Positions 38,161-51,140 of a stretch of DNA of 64,000 nucleotides are shown here, one piece after another (positions within the stretch are counted from its first letter, which is position 1; each line of letters begins with the position of its first letter). The stretch is from Vicugna vicugna (lineage: Eukaryota). The stretch spans positions 808,001 to 872,000 of the forward strand of contig MU058065.1 of the NCBI GenBank assembly GCA_013265495.1, given 5' to 3'. The translations under genes and the position numbers were made by a program. The notes beneath the pieces are model-generated. The model was not told the DNA's origin, made no database searches, and was given only the letters and a program-made list of their open reading frames with translations.

Positions 38161-40257
38161 ACCTGGTAGTCACCTTGTCTCAGACTAATGCTGCTGCTGC
38201 TTCCGTATGACACGCCCTCACCTCGTTCTGGGCACAAGGATGTCTGTAAAAGGAATCTGGCTTGTTTGCTTTGTTCTAGGACTGCCCCCCTAACAGTGAG
38301 AACCCAGTCAAGTTAATACTGACAATGCTGATGAAGCGGAGGTGACCCAACAGGGACTCAGGTGTTATCAGGATAATGTGATCCCCTGACAGAGCAGGGA
38401 GTGATCCCGGGGTCCCCTGAAACCCACCGTAGGTGGGAAATTTCTTCCACACGTGACAGGCACCCTGGGCTCCTTGGCTTTCTTACCTACCGCAGCTAAG
38501 TGTAACTTCCACTTAAAAGCCAGGTAAATTGGGAGTCAAATGGTGAGCATCCCACAGATGGTGCCAAGTCCATTAGTGTCAAAAAGTTCAAAAGGAAGAA
38601 TAAGGAAACAGTCATCAAATTCTCTGAAGTCATACCACTTGTATTAGAACATGAATTCCATTGAAAGTGTGATGCCACGAGGCGCTGCCCAGAGTTTTGA
38701 TGCACTAACCATGAAATACTGAGCAGGGAAAACGCATTGTGATGATGACAATTTAGGTGTTTCTTTGGGGGAATTTTTATTTTAAGGAATATCATTGAAA
38801 TAATTTTGTTGTACTGTAGCATTCTGGTCGGAATGTTAAAAGAACAACAGATTTATTAGCCTAGGAATTCTGTCTAAAATAAAATCCAGAGGCTTGGGAG
38901 AATCCCAGTATTTGATTTTGTTCTCTGAAGATGCTGAAAGTAAACACGTGTCCATTTTTCCTGTGATGGACACCCCCCCATGGGGACTCCTCTTGTTTAT
39001 GGATTGCTGAAACTTGAAGGTCTTTTGTTTTATTAGGTGCTATTTCTATGTGATTCTATTTCTTTATCATGTAATTGTTTTGCTCAGAATTTGCCTGTGG
39101 GCCCTTTGAATTGTGACAAAACAGCTGGTACATGACAAGCTGCCAGAGTTAACAGCCGCCTGTCACACTCCATTTCCGACTGTGACGCCAATGAGGAACG
39201 CAATCCCAGTTTTAAACGGACCCATTTCTTTCACCTCAGAAAACTGTCTTCATGCCTTTGAGCTGTCAAGAGGAAAAGAACATATCCACCATAGCCTCTC
39301 CCTAATTCATCATTTCTTTAATGCTTGTCTCATATTACCTTTCAGTGATTACCAGAGGATTATATAAATTAAAAATAAAGGCCAGAGAAGCATATGAAGA
39401 ATAAAGCACATTCTTAATAAACGGCATGAAAAAGAAGACGCAGTTTAAGGGTAAAATGATGGACACCTTATCTAGTAACTTCCAAGACAGTGAAAAATTG
39501 TAACAAATTGAAAATAATGCTCTATCTGTGCATTACAAAAGGAAGACGACATGTAAGAAGATGTGTAAGAAGGTGGCAAGATTTTAATGGGAATTAATAT
39601 TATCATATTCTTCTTCGTATTTACATCAAAGACTGCCATATCTGACATTTTTAAAATAACCAAATGTGGACATAATAAACCTCATTCATCTTCAAAGTTT
39701 AAAGTTTAAAATTTCTAATATTATACCTTGATGGGGGAGTTTAAAAAAAATCTAAACATATACCTTTTTAGTATGAAATAACATTTCTACAGAAATGCAA
39801 TAAAAAATAACGTATTTATACAAAAACATGCACACCATCCTCACTATGTAAGGATAAAAAGATAACTTAAATTTGAGCAACATAGTAATACAGCAAAAGG
39901 TAGAATTTGAGTGATGGAGAAACAGAAGAGAAAAGAGCCACAAGTAAGTTGCAAGGAAACAAAAGAAAATGTGAATGAGATGAAAAACATCTGAGATGAT
40001 AAACCTATCAGTGTGATGCTGAAATATTATAACTATTTTGAGTTAAACTTCATGTTAAAAATTTAAAACACACAAGTTCAATCAGAAAACAAAATCCCCA
40101 GTTGCTATTTTTAAAAAATATAGCTAATCCAAAATTGCCCCAAAATAAAAATAATGATAAAATAAGTTAGACGCAAGGCACAAGAAAAGGAAGCAAAAGG
40201 AAAAAATTAAGTCACGATAGATATTGGAGACAGAAAATATTCATTCACCACAAGTGT

Positions 40258-40410
40258 TTGCTTATCCTCATAAAAGGCACATGGGCATGAGTAATATAAA
40301 ATCAAAATGAGTCATTATATGTGACTTGTCCCGGATCACAGAGTGTATAAGTTATAGAACAAGAAATAAAACCGCATTTCCTATGGTTAAAACCTACTAT
40401 TCTTTCCATG
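40258..40410 (-). mobile_element. MIR fragment
   Basis: GTGACTTGTCCCGGATCACAGAG...AAGTTATAGAACAAGAAATAAAACC. Confidence 0.55.
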
Positions 40411-41109
40411 TTGATCAAGTTTTCAAAATACGGCTAGTCCTGGGCACCTGGAAATTACATAAGTACCATTAACATGGGTCTGTATATGCACCACTTTGAG
40501 GCTTCAGGTTGAGCAGGTCCAGCAACCTGTGGTAATTTTCAAAGACTGAAAAGGTTATTGCCATTACTGGGCTGTAGTGCAAAGTATGACAATTTAGCCT
40601 TTGTGATCCTCTCACCATTTTTCTCCTCCGGAGTCCTCCGATGTCCTCTCCAAATCCGTTCCTCTCCGGCTTCCCGTCCCCATGCACTCCTGCGGCTGTC
40701 ACAGGCTGTACCTTTTAGCACCACGACTGAAACCTCTCCGTGGTCCTTACTCTGTGAAGAAACTTGCTAATATTTTGCTACACTGCAGCGCATCTCGTCA
40801 CCGAGGGACTCCTAGACCTGTGATAACCAGTGCTATTGCACTGCTTCTGGTCTCCGCAAATGCCAGACTCCTTATCTTAATCAGAGGGTGCAAAAGAGGG
40901 CCTGAAAAGCCGAGAAGAGAGAAGCCACCATCTCTGCTGTAGCCCGGAGAGGGACCTCACCTTTCCTGTGCTCAGTGTATTAGAAAACAAAACAAGACAG
41001 AAACAAAGTGCTCTTCACTCCTTCCCCAGCATGTCCCAACAGGTAACTCTTTCAGTGTCTAAAATAGCAATCTCCATCATCCCAGACTCCTTAACTGTTT
41101 AAGTTTCAT

Positions 41110-41250
41110 ATTATTTGTTTCCAACATTATATTTATTTGCTTGTCTTCCTGGATAGAATATACAGTACGCAAGAGCAAGGAGTGGGTCTGTTTTGTTCAG
41201 TATGTCCCTAGCACCCAGGCACACAGTAGAGGCTTGACAAACAGAAAAGA
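41110..41250 (+). mobile_element. L2 3' end followed by a GGAA-rich tract
   Basis: GAGCAAGGAGTGGGTCTGTTTTGTTCAG...CCTAGCACCCAGGCACACAGTAGAGGCTTGACAAA. Confidence 0.7.
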
Positions 41251-42194
41251 TGAAAGAACGGAAAGAAGGAAGGAAGGAAAGGAGGGAAAAGGGAAAAAAA
41301 ATGAAACCAAATGAAAAGGTGAATCACGTCTTTCTGGAAGATGAAGATGAAAAAATGAATCATGTCTATCAGGAACAAGAGAAAATTTTAGACTTCTTTA
41401 TAAAACTAATGATTCCTATTTTTCCATGATATTTTACTATGTTTTTGTTTAAAAAAATTAAATTGGTTTTACATTTGAATATCTTTCTGAATACTCACCT
41501 AGAAGGAAATCAAAACTAAATTATTCTATAGTTGAGATACAGCTACCCTTACAGAGCAATCAGTTTCTTTTTACATGTTTCATAGTTAATGCCAAGGAAT
41601 ATTTCAAAAAACTAAATTAACTTGAAACCCCACAATTAACGTATTTTTCTGCCAGATATTTAAGCAGTCACTAAGACATCCTTCACTTATAGACTCCCTG
41701 TTCTCATGTACTTCAGGTTGGCTGTGTGCATGGCATATAAGCTTATAGAGAAATGCATTGCTTCTCTGTAAAAGATCAATGAAGCATATGACATTTGGCA
41801 GATAGTCTTCAATTCAGTCTTTTAGCTCTAAGTAGGTATGGTAAACTGGAATTTTTATGAAGAGAGAAGTTAAATTGTCAACATCTATGCATCAGAGTAT
41901 CTTTCAGATAATACTAAAGATATTAATTACTATAGCTTGTTCTTCTACCAAGAAACATTCAGATACTTTGTGAAATGATCCAATTACTTCTCCCAATGTC
42001 CAGTGTCAGTAAATAACAAATAGTTTATTCCTATTGGAATGTCTTAAGGCATCTTTCATTAATGGATGTTACTTGTCTGGCCTATGTAAGCTAAATAATG
42101 CATCAGCAATTATAGTCAGATAAAGTCTTTTCAATCTGTGCATCCATCTCACATGGTTCTTCAAGTTAATGCCTAAGGATAATAATCATACACA

Positions 42195-42404
42195 GATTTG
42201 TGGGGATCTGAAGAGAACCTTGAGCTGAGATGAGGAACTCAAGTCCCTCAAGAACTTGATTTCAGCCCGTGAGACCCTGAGCAGAGAACCCACCTAGGCT
42301 GTGCTTTGATTTCTGACCTACAGAAAGACTGAGATAATAAACGGGTGCTAGGTTAAGCCACCACGCCTATTGTAACTTATTACGTAGATACAAATAACTA
42401 ATAC
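42195..42404 (+). mobile_element. MLT1 LTR 3' part
   Basis: GAGACCCTGAGCAGAGAACCCA...TTCTGACCTACAGAA...GAGATAATAAACGGGTG...AACTAATACA. Confidence 0.75.
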
Positions 42405-42440
42405 AGACCACCAATCACGTTATTTGGAAAACATTGTATA

Positions 42441-42523
42441 TACAGGCTGAAGCATATGAAATTTCTGATGTTTAAACCACTGTTGTCACACAAAATAATG
42501 GCAATTTCATAGAGTTCGATGAA
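42441..42523. mobile_element. MADE2-like mariner MITE
   Basis: ~80 bp with inverted ends (GAAGCATATGAAATT ... AATTTCATAGAGTTC), matching the remembered MADE2 layout. Confidence 0.65.
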
Positions 42524-42529
42524 TCCACG

Positions 42530-42910
42530 TGCTGATTAGTTCATTCTTTGTGGCTCTAGGACTGAGGCTCTCAGCCGCTAAGTGACGCTTACAGGCGCCT
42601 GCCACATGACGCTCTCCATAGGTAGTCTATGTGGTTGGTTGTTTTCTGTAGGGCGAGCTGGAGAATCTGCAGCTTCTTCCATATCCAACTCCAAATCTTC
42701 TTTTAGAGGACTCGGCTGATTGGGCCACGCCCACCTGCGGTGACCTCCCTTCTGATGAACTGAAAATTAACTGACTAGGGACCTTAATTAAATCTGCAAA
42801 ATCCCTTCACTTCTGCCATGCTGTTGGTTAGAAGCAAGTTACAGGTCTCACCCACGCTCAAGGGGAGGAGGTTAAACAAGGCTGTGTGCCGTTTTAAATT
42901 ATTCTCGCCT
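42530..42910 (-). mobile_element. MLT1F/E-like LTR fragment
   Basis: GACTAGGGACCTTAATTAAATCTGCAAAATCCCTTCAC...TTGGTTAGAAGCAAGTTACAGGTC...CTCAAGGGGAGG. Confidence 0.7.
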
Positions 42911-43291
42911 ATGAACTGGTGAATTTGTTAATAAGGTGTGGTTAATAAAGTAGTCTGCAATCTATTACCCAGAAAACCAAAGTCTCTCAATCCTTCTGTC
43001 TCTCTCTCTGTCACTGCTTCTCTCTCTGTCTTTTGTCATTGTCTAGTTTACACTCCATGCAGCAGATTCTCCCTTGCATAATTTTGTTAGCTATAGATAA
43101 TTATCATTCTTAACCTATGCATTATCACCAAGTCTGTATCAATTTTATTGTTTAGATTGTTCCTTTTGCCAGTTATACTTTCTCCTAAATGCCAGAGGCT
43201 ACTTACTTTTGCCCAGAGATATTTTGTCTATTTTACATGATCATGGGGCTTTGCATTTTGCTCAAATTACATTGGTGGTCTTGCTTTTTTT

Positions 43292-44070
43292 TAATTCATT
43301 TATTCATTCAAGATTATTTTTAAAGAACATACTAGGTGTCAAGGGAGGAGATGAATAAAGGTGTACACATTCAAGGGTAGAGCTTATAAACTAGTGAGGG
43401 GGACATTAGTCAGATAATTACACATAAACAGAGAAATTGCGACTGTGACAATAGCTACTAGAAAAGAAAAAAAAGTACATGGCTTTATATTTGGATGACC
43501 TGACCAAGTCAGGTAAGTCGGCCATATGTCGCTGAGCTAGGGCTGTTTGAAGTAGGTCTGAAAGATGAGAAGAGGGATGGGCTTAGCAGAGGGAAAAGAA
43601 CAATCCACACACGGGGAACTGCTCGTACTAAGGCCGAGTGGCAGGAAGGAGCGCTACAGGATTAAGACTTCATAAAAGCCCTGCTCAGCCGTGGAAAGAC
43701 CGGTACAGGCTGATCCTGAAGGAGAAGTTAGCGACTGGATCATGCTAAGCATAGCACATTCTGTTACCATTCTAAGAGCAGTAAGAGATCATTGAAGAGT
43801 TCTAAGCAGGGGAAGTAGTATGCTTGGATACAGTTTTGTGCTGGGCAATGGGAAAAAGATTGAGGACATTTAGGGTGGCTCTGCTTAGAACAGTTAAGAG
43901 GCTATTTAAGGCCCAAAGTAAGACGTGGCAGTAGATAGAACTAGGAGAGAAACAATGAGACGGACGAACGTGTACAGATTCAGGAGATGTTTACAAGGCA
44001 ACTGATAGAATTGGTGCTGGGTTGGATGTCTGGTACCCAATGATTCCAGTTTACCTGGAACTGATGGGGT
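43292..44070 (-). mobile_element. L2
   Basis: ATTCATTTATTCATTCAA tail, GAGCTTATAAACTAGTGAGGG, CATTGAAGAGTTCTAAGCAGGG, GAATTGGTGCTGGGTTGGATG. Confidence 0.75.
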
Positions 44071-44369
44071 TATTGAGATATTAGATTAGATGGAGGGCTT
44101 GCAGTACTAAATTCGTGAAAGTCCTTGCCAAACTGGAATGAGTTAGTTGGTCATCATTAAAGGGAAGTGAAGAACAATTCTACTGGGCTCAAAAGTAAGC
44201 TTATCCACTTTGGCAGAGGGAATAATCTCCAGAATCTCTCTCTCATTGGGGGAAAAATGGACACTGAGGGGTTTCCTGAATTAAACTGGTAAGTATCTTC
44301 TAAAACTATAACTTCTCAGGATTTTACTGTTCAACCATTTATTGTTCTTTCATATATAGACTACTGTAT

Positions 44370-44810
44370 ATTCATTTATTCCACCAATATTTTATGGATC
44401 TACTAAGCTTATGGAGCTGACATTCTAGTTGGGGTTGAGAGATGAAAATAGGTGTATAGATAAATAGTATTTCAGATTGCAATAAGAATTATGGGAAAAG
44501 ACTTCCCATCATCAGGGGTTCCAAGAGTGGTAATAGTGGAGAGGTTCCTTGTAATTTTTGTGTATTCAAGAAAAGCTTACCTGGCAGGGTAACACTTGAG
44601 CAAAGATCCGAAGCAGGTGAGGGATTATGTTAGTCTACTACATGAGGAGGGACATTCAATTAGAGAAGAAAACAATTCAAATTCTTGAGGCAAGAATATG
44701 CCTGGAAAGTTTGAGGAGCTGCAAAGAAGACCCAGAGCGTGGCTATAGCAAGGGCACAAAGGGAAATCCACAGGCTCTGAAGGGGCTGATAGAGGTGATG
44801 TGTGTTGAGG
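44370..44810 (-). mobile_element. L2
   Basis: TTCATTTATTCCACCAATATTTATGG...ATGGAGCTGACATTCTAGTTGGGG...AGTTTGAGGAGCTGCAAAGAAG. Confidence 0.7.
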
Positions 44811-46510
44811 CTGCAATTAATTCTTCATGAACTGCCTTCATGGAGGGCAACAGCCAAGCAAATTAATCTAGAGAGTTTTCTTTATAGGAGCACCATCACT
44901 GCTTGTCTAAATTTGCTCTATATCTTATTCTTGAGAAAACGGTGATTTGTTTTTGCCTTTTTAGCATTGTTCCAAAAACATGTGTAGCCTGTGAGGTGAA
45001 TCTTTTCTTCCCCTTCTCTTTCTCTCTGTGTGTATGTATGCGTGTGTTTTTAAGATAATAGAAAGGGGACAAATGTTTACTGAGAGCTTTCACATGCAAG
45101 GAACTAGATTAGGCATTTTTGACGAATTGGAATAATTCTTGAAGTATCACAATGTTAGAAGTGAATAGCCTGGGAGTCAGAAAAGTCTACAATGGCAGAC
45201 AGATGCACACGTTGCACAGGAGAGTTTCAGATCTGACTCTGAAATCCATGGTGCTGAAATGTTTAAAGGAGGAATCTGTGAACAGGAAGCACTAACTTCA
45301 TACATATAACTATATATTTCTGTTAATACACATTTAACTATATATAGGTATAAATACACATGCTTTCATAAAATGTTTATAAGGTGAGATAGAAACTAAA
45401 GACGTGGTCAGATTGACATGAGATTTGGTCGAAAAATCTTCCAGATGAATCTATAAGAATAAAGCAAGTAATAAAAGTTATTAATCAGAAAAAAAAATTT
45501 TAAACTAGAAAAGAAGACTCGTTTTACAATACCAGGGGTCTGAAATAAAGGAAGTTCCAGGGACGCGAATGAGGGCCATTAAGAGAATGGGGGAGGAGGG
45601 CATCCTAACTAAATTAACTCTAAAGACAAAGTGTAGTTTCAGAAATCAGTAGGGTAGTAGAGGGGTGTAGAGAGAGGGCTGTGGCAGGAAAGGGGAGGAA
45701 ACAGAGATATTTAAAATGCCACAGAGCAAGTCACTGAAACTGGCTACACTCTGCCTCCAGAGTGGCTTCACCATGGAGTGAAGCCATGGAAATCTGCTTG
45801 AGCTGTGTTTGTTGGACTATTCTAAACAGTATGACCTTTCTAAGTGAATGCCAGGTGCCCAGGACATTGTTTCCAGCTGAGCACCACGTCTGGATTTGAT
45901 AATCAACGTGTCCTTATCTGTCACCATTCTGGGACAGTGAGCACTATCAAGCCATTGTGACTTGTTAGCCTTTTAGTTGGGGTTTTAAAACACCACGGGG
46001 GAATTACCCTTCAGCTCTACATGCAGCACACCAAGACAGACGCAGGGAGTTTATTTATCAACTGTCTGTTGGCTAAGATTCTGACAAGAAGCTTTTCAGA
46101 AAATCCAGATGGAAGGAACCCAGAGTTGTGACGGCAGGGAATGGTCTGATAAGCATCCACGGAGCGTACTTTCCTGGTTTGTGTAAAGAAAACGAAACCG
46201 CCTGCCTCTGGTGCTCCTGGGACTGTGGTGGAGATTGTGGCTTCAAAGAATGATGATCCTGGCTCCATGGTTACCGTGATGCAGGAACCAGCAAGCCTGA
46301 AAAGAAAGCTACTACCTTTCTGTGACAAAAAACAAAAACTCTGGGTAACAGAAGTCGTTTACACTAGAACTGGGTTTTAAATGATACAGTGCAATCCGTG
46401 CCAGGGGCAGTGTTTATAAACAGAACAGCATTTAATATGCGAATGTATATTTTAAATCAAATGTTTATAAATGTGTACCTTGAATTTATTATAAATTAAC
46501 ATATAATTTT

Positions 46511-46651
46511 ATATTTATTTTTCTTTTCAATTTTTTTGGTGGGGAGGTGATTAGGTTTATTTATTTATTTTCAGAGGAGGTACTCGGATTGAACCCATGA
46601 CCCTGTGTATGCTAAGTATGCGCTCTACCACATGAGCTATACCCTCCCCCC
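46511..46651 (-). mobile_element. tRNA-Ala-derived SINE (camelid vic-1-like) with 20-bp TSD
   Basis: Reverse complement GGGGGAGGGTATAGCTCATGTGGTAGAGCGCATACTTAGCATACAC...GGGTTCAATCC followed by an (AAAT)n/A-rich tail; TSD ATAAATTAACATAT(A/G)ATTTT at 46491-46510 and 46652-46671. Confidence 0.9.
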
Positions 46652-47129
46652 ATAAATTAACATATGATTTTAAATTAAAGTAGGTTTAACATGCTAAAAC
46701 TCTCTACAGGAGAATAGAAGTGTGGCTTTGCATAAGGCATGCTATAAATTAGTTGACTAATGTAGGTTTTTTTCCTAATTATTCCATCAATAATTAAATT
46801 TGTTGAGAATTATAAATAATAAAGAATTATTGATAACAAATTAACACATATGATAAACCACTTTTGCTCACTGCATTGGTCTTGTTTTTGGGTCCCAGTT
46901 GCCTGCAACGTGCAGTTACATTTCCTCAGCATGGGCTCATCTCCTAATCCATTTTTCTAAGCTTCTAAAACTCCCAGCTACACCCATCCATTCTCTCCTT
47001 GCATCCCTCATTACTTATGACTAGCTCTTCAGTTAAGTATATTCATATTTGTATCTTGGTAGCATGAGCTTTTCAATTTCTACTTTGTAATATTGTCTTA
47101 TTCTCTATCCTCTCCTCTATTTATATTTG

Positions 47130-47330
47130 AGGTCTCAAATTCCAGGTTACTTCCTTGAGGAAGGTCCATAATTCCCCGCTCTCTGTAGATCTGTATAATC
47201 CTCCTCTATATTATTTATTTTCATCACATGTTTTAGATATCTGCATACCTCTACCAACAGTGAACGCCACGAGGACAAAGACTGTATTTACTCATCTTCC
47301 AATCATTGTATAGTGACCACAAAGCATATG
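47130..47330 (+). mobile_element. L2 3' fragment
   Basis: GTTACTTCCTTGAGGAAGG...GTGAACGCCACGAGGACAAAGACTGTATTTACTCATCT. Confidence 0.55.
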
Positions 47331-47732
47331 CAAAAGCATGTTAACATCATGAGTATTCTGCAATAGGAGCTTAATTATGTCTCAGTATTCAATATGCTTT
47401 CTGAAAAATTCTTTCAGACATACTCCTGGATGGCCCACATGATTTGACTGGTGCTTTGCAGATGCTACCACGGAAGTGCCTCAACTATTTTTTAATTTTT
47501 TTCTTATCTTACTGTCTAAGCCAAGACCTCCATAATTTTTACCTAGAATTTTGAAACAGTCTTCTAACTAGTTGCTATGTCTTCAGAGATCTTTTACAAG
47601 GTAATCATAGTCATTATTTTTAAATGATCTAGATACATCACTCTTTCTAAAACACAAAACAAAAACAAAATCACCACCAACAGCAAACTACTTTGATGTG
47701 CCCTCAAAAGATATTCAACCACGAATGAAGAA

Positions 47733-48255
47733 TGTTGGCGAATGGGGACAGGATGAACTGAGAAGTGAAAAATCAGCCTTACTGGCCATCAGTAAGAGTG
47801 GAAGAGGCATTGCTGACAACTAGACTGCAACATTCCCATCAGAAACAATGCTCAAACTGGGTCGTGGTCAAGGCCACACCAGCACAAAAAAAACATGAGG
47901 AAACATTCCCTCTTCTGACCAACAGGACTGGTAACTGCTTCTTTTCCACTGCAACTTCAGCCCAACTTTCATCTTCCCACTTCAAGGATACATTTATTAA
48001 AATAACCAGTCACAAAGTAGCCCCTGCTACCTGACAGCATCCAATTCAGCATTGACTCTGACTATTCTAATTCCTCCTAAACTCACCAAACATGAACACA
48101 AGTCCTATTAAAAAAAAACCTCCCCTTAATCCTCCAACGTAGTTACTCCCAAGTTTCCTCTGGGATGTGTTCTCTATTTCCTCCACACGATTAATAAACC
48201 CAACTTGTGTTTTATAGGAGTGCTCCTGCTGGACTTTGATCACTGAACCTTGACA
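47733..48255 (+). mobile_element. ERV1-class solo LTR (MER90/MER110-like; family uncertain)
   Basis: TG...CA termini, ~520 bp, TATA-like CCTATTAAAA at ~48104 and AATAAA at ~48193 followed by a U5-like segment. Confidence 0.55.
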
Positions 48256-48559
48256 GGACACGCTAACAACTTTTCAATTACAAGTTATAATTTGCCTCCC
48301 CCATCAGAGTGTATTTCTATTTCCCACAATGAAAATCACTGTCGATAATGAGAAATAATATTCTTGGGAGAACATTCCTCACGGGGTTTGTTTGGAGGCA
48401 AAAAAGGTTGTAAATCAGTAGATCTACAGAAATGGCAGGCAAGGTACTTAAGACACTTTATCTAAAAATCCACCTTTATATCCTCTGGTCATATGTGTTA
48501 AGACTCCTTCACATCAAAAATACATCTTTTCCCCAAACACATCACACACTTTCTTGTTA

Positions 48560-48890
48560 CTGTGATGCACATTCTCCTCCTTACCAATTCCATTACCAAT
48601 ATTGTGTATGTTAAATCTCTGCTTAAAGCCCAGCCCAACTCTCTCTCTCTCTCTCTCTCTTTTTTTTTCCCTGAGAAATTGTCCTCAATTCCAACATTCA
48701 GAATGAATCACCTTTCATTCTAGGTCCCCATAACCCTTGAACGTGTATCACACTTAACTTTGTGTACATTCATCTCACTATCTGGATTCCGAGCCCTTTG
48801 GAATTTACAAGTCTACTGCTTTTTATTCTCCTTACTCAGTACAATTCTTTGGAGACACGGCTGCTCAATACATATATAATTGATTAACTT
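48560..48890 (+). mobile_element. L2 3' fragment containing a (CT)n tract
   Basis: CTTAAAGCCCAGCCCAA...TGAGAAATTGTCCTCAA...GCTGCTCAATACATATATAATTGATT. Confidence 0.5.
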
Positions 48891-50419
48891 CAAAGGCATT
48901 GACCTATGTAACAAAATTCTCAAGCAACTTTTAATAACCCAGGATTTCAAGTTAGCATTTTAACACAGCAGTCACCTCTGGCTTAAAAAAACTGGAGGTG
49001 GTAGCTTCTCAAGCCATAGCTGCTGAGTAAGTTCCCTGAGGAGGTCAAATTGTAGATTCAGATATTACCACAGAGCACCAAGTTACGGAGGAGATGGAAT
49101 TTTCTGGAAGAACCGTTCCTGTAGGTTGTGTGCTACCCTAATGTATAGTCATCTCCTGCCCAGGGATGTTGCTAGAGAACAGCTATGTTCCGCAAAAGAC
49201 AGAGCATCTGTTTTCTTAAGAAAATTAGTAATAATGTTCTTGCTCTTTTGTCCCCCACTGCTCTTAAAGTGTGAATACTTTAGGCTGAACCACAAAAAGG
49301 TTTTTTTAAATGTTTTACTCAAAAATTGTCAAATATCACTGATGCTGTGTGGTCCAAAACAATCAACATCTCCTCACTCCAACCTGTGCTGTGACAGTTG
49401 AGTTGACGAGGTTGTACCTCCCCTTGCTCATTTCACTTTGAATGATGCGCTCTCATCATGAAGACTGGACTTGGGTGTCCCCGTCACCTTGGCAACAAAT
49501 ACACACGCACTGCATAAAATGAGTACTTCCTGCAGATGGTGAATCTTAACCATTTGCTCTTTATGTTTATTGGTTTCGAACTTAGAGTGATGTTTTCTTG
49601 ACCTCAGCCTTCATTGGATTTAGAAGACTAAAACAACCAGACTGGCCAGGGTAGAGTTACCATCTTTAGAGACTTTTGTCATATTGCTTCTGGTCTGTAA
49701 ATACATCAATAAAGTTTAGAAATTGTATCTAATCATGATGCATAACACACTTTGTTGCAGTGAATCCATCTTAGGTTACCGCCAACATAAAACAGTCTTT
49801 TTCTAAAATATTACAGACTTGTTCTGATTCAGAACCATTTCACAAATATGGTATCTCACAGGATGGATCCTGAGACCAGAGTTGAGGAATTTCAGCGTAC
49901 TAGTCTAACAAAGTTAGTAATAATATTTTTAAGTCATTTTAAAAATAATAGTTATAACATTAAAAATTTAAAGTAGTAAAATTTAGCTGTGAGATTTTAT
50001 TTCCAAATTTTACCACTTGGGAAATATTACTACCGAGGAAATAGATTACCATCTAGGAAATTGGCTACACTTTGGTATCATACCATTTGTATATTTCTTT
50101 TTTTCCCTTCTATTTTTCTCTCCATTCCTCCTAGAAATCCTTGGCTCAGGCATTTGTTTACTTTTCTGTTAGTAATAACTACAAGTTGAAGGTGACAGCA
50201 AAGTTTGCATAAGCAAGTGAGTCGGTTGAAAGAACAGGAAGTTCTAAGTCACACATTGATGGAAAAAATATGGACACACAATGCAAAAATAAAAGGTCAG
50301 ATTCTTAATTATTGTGCAAACATATGTGCTGCTAATTATACCCCAGCTGCCCGCAAGACACAGTGGCACTTCTTTTTAGCCTAATATATTTAATGTTTTT
50401 GGAAAAGTATTTTAGCTTT

Positions 50420-51140
50420 TTTTTAATAATTTTTTAAAAGAATAATTTTAGATTTATGTAAAACTTGCAAGGATAGTACAGAGTTCCTATCTATCCCACA
50501 CCCATTTTTTTTTTACTATTATTAGTGTATTACATTAGTATTAGACGTTGGTCACAATTAATGAGCCAATATTGATAACATTATTATATCTGTGACAAAA
50601 TCCCATCCAGGATACTGTATTACATTTTGTCATCATAATCCTATCTCCTTATGCTTTCCTTCATTGTGACAATTTCTAGGACTTTTCTTGTTTTGAATGA
50701 CCTTGACAGTTTTTGAGGAATACTAATCAGATATTTTGCAGATGTTTCTTCACTGAGATTTGTCTGCTCTTGTTAAGGCTGCAATGTTTGGAGGAATAAG
50801 AGCAAAAAGATAAAATGCCATTTTATTTGTGTCATATCAAGGGCACATACTATTGACTTATCACTGGTGAGTCAAACTTTACTTCTTGACTAACATAGAG
50901 TTTGTCAGATTTCTCCACTGAAAAAAAATTCTTTTATCACCTTTCCAAACTCTACTCTTTGGAAAGAAGTTACTATATGAGGCTCACACTGAAGAAGTAG
51001 GGAGGAAGCGAGGAAGCCTCATTGAGGGCAGAGCACTTGCATGGATTATTTAGAATTCTTCTGCATGGGAGACTTACCTATTCTTGCCCTTTAATTTATT
51101 TTCTCCTCCTTATGGTTAAAAAATCAGTCTAGACTCATGG
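50420..51140 (-). mobile_element. L1MC/MD-type distal 3'UTR
   Basis: GCAAGGATAGTACAGAGTTCC, CACAATTAATGAGCCAATATTGATA, GACCTTGACAGTTTTTGAGG and GAATTCTTCTGCATGGGAGA. Confidence 0.8.

Noticed and set aside
42441..42523. Hairpin or pre-miRNA
   Set aside because: The inverted repeat is explained by MADE2-like terminal inverted repeats, and pairing is degraded.
46575..46651. tRNA-Ala gene
   Set aside because: The stems are mismatched and it has an A-rich tail and TSD, so it is a SINE.
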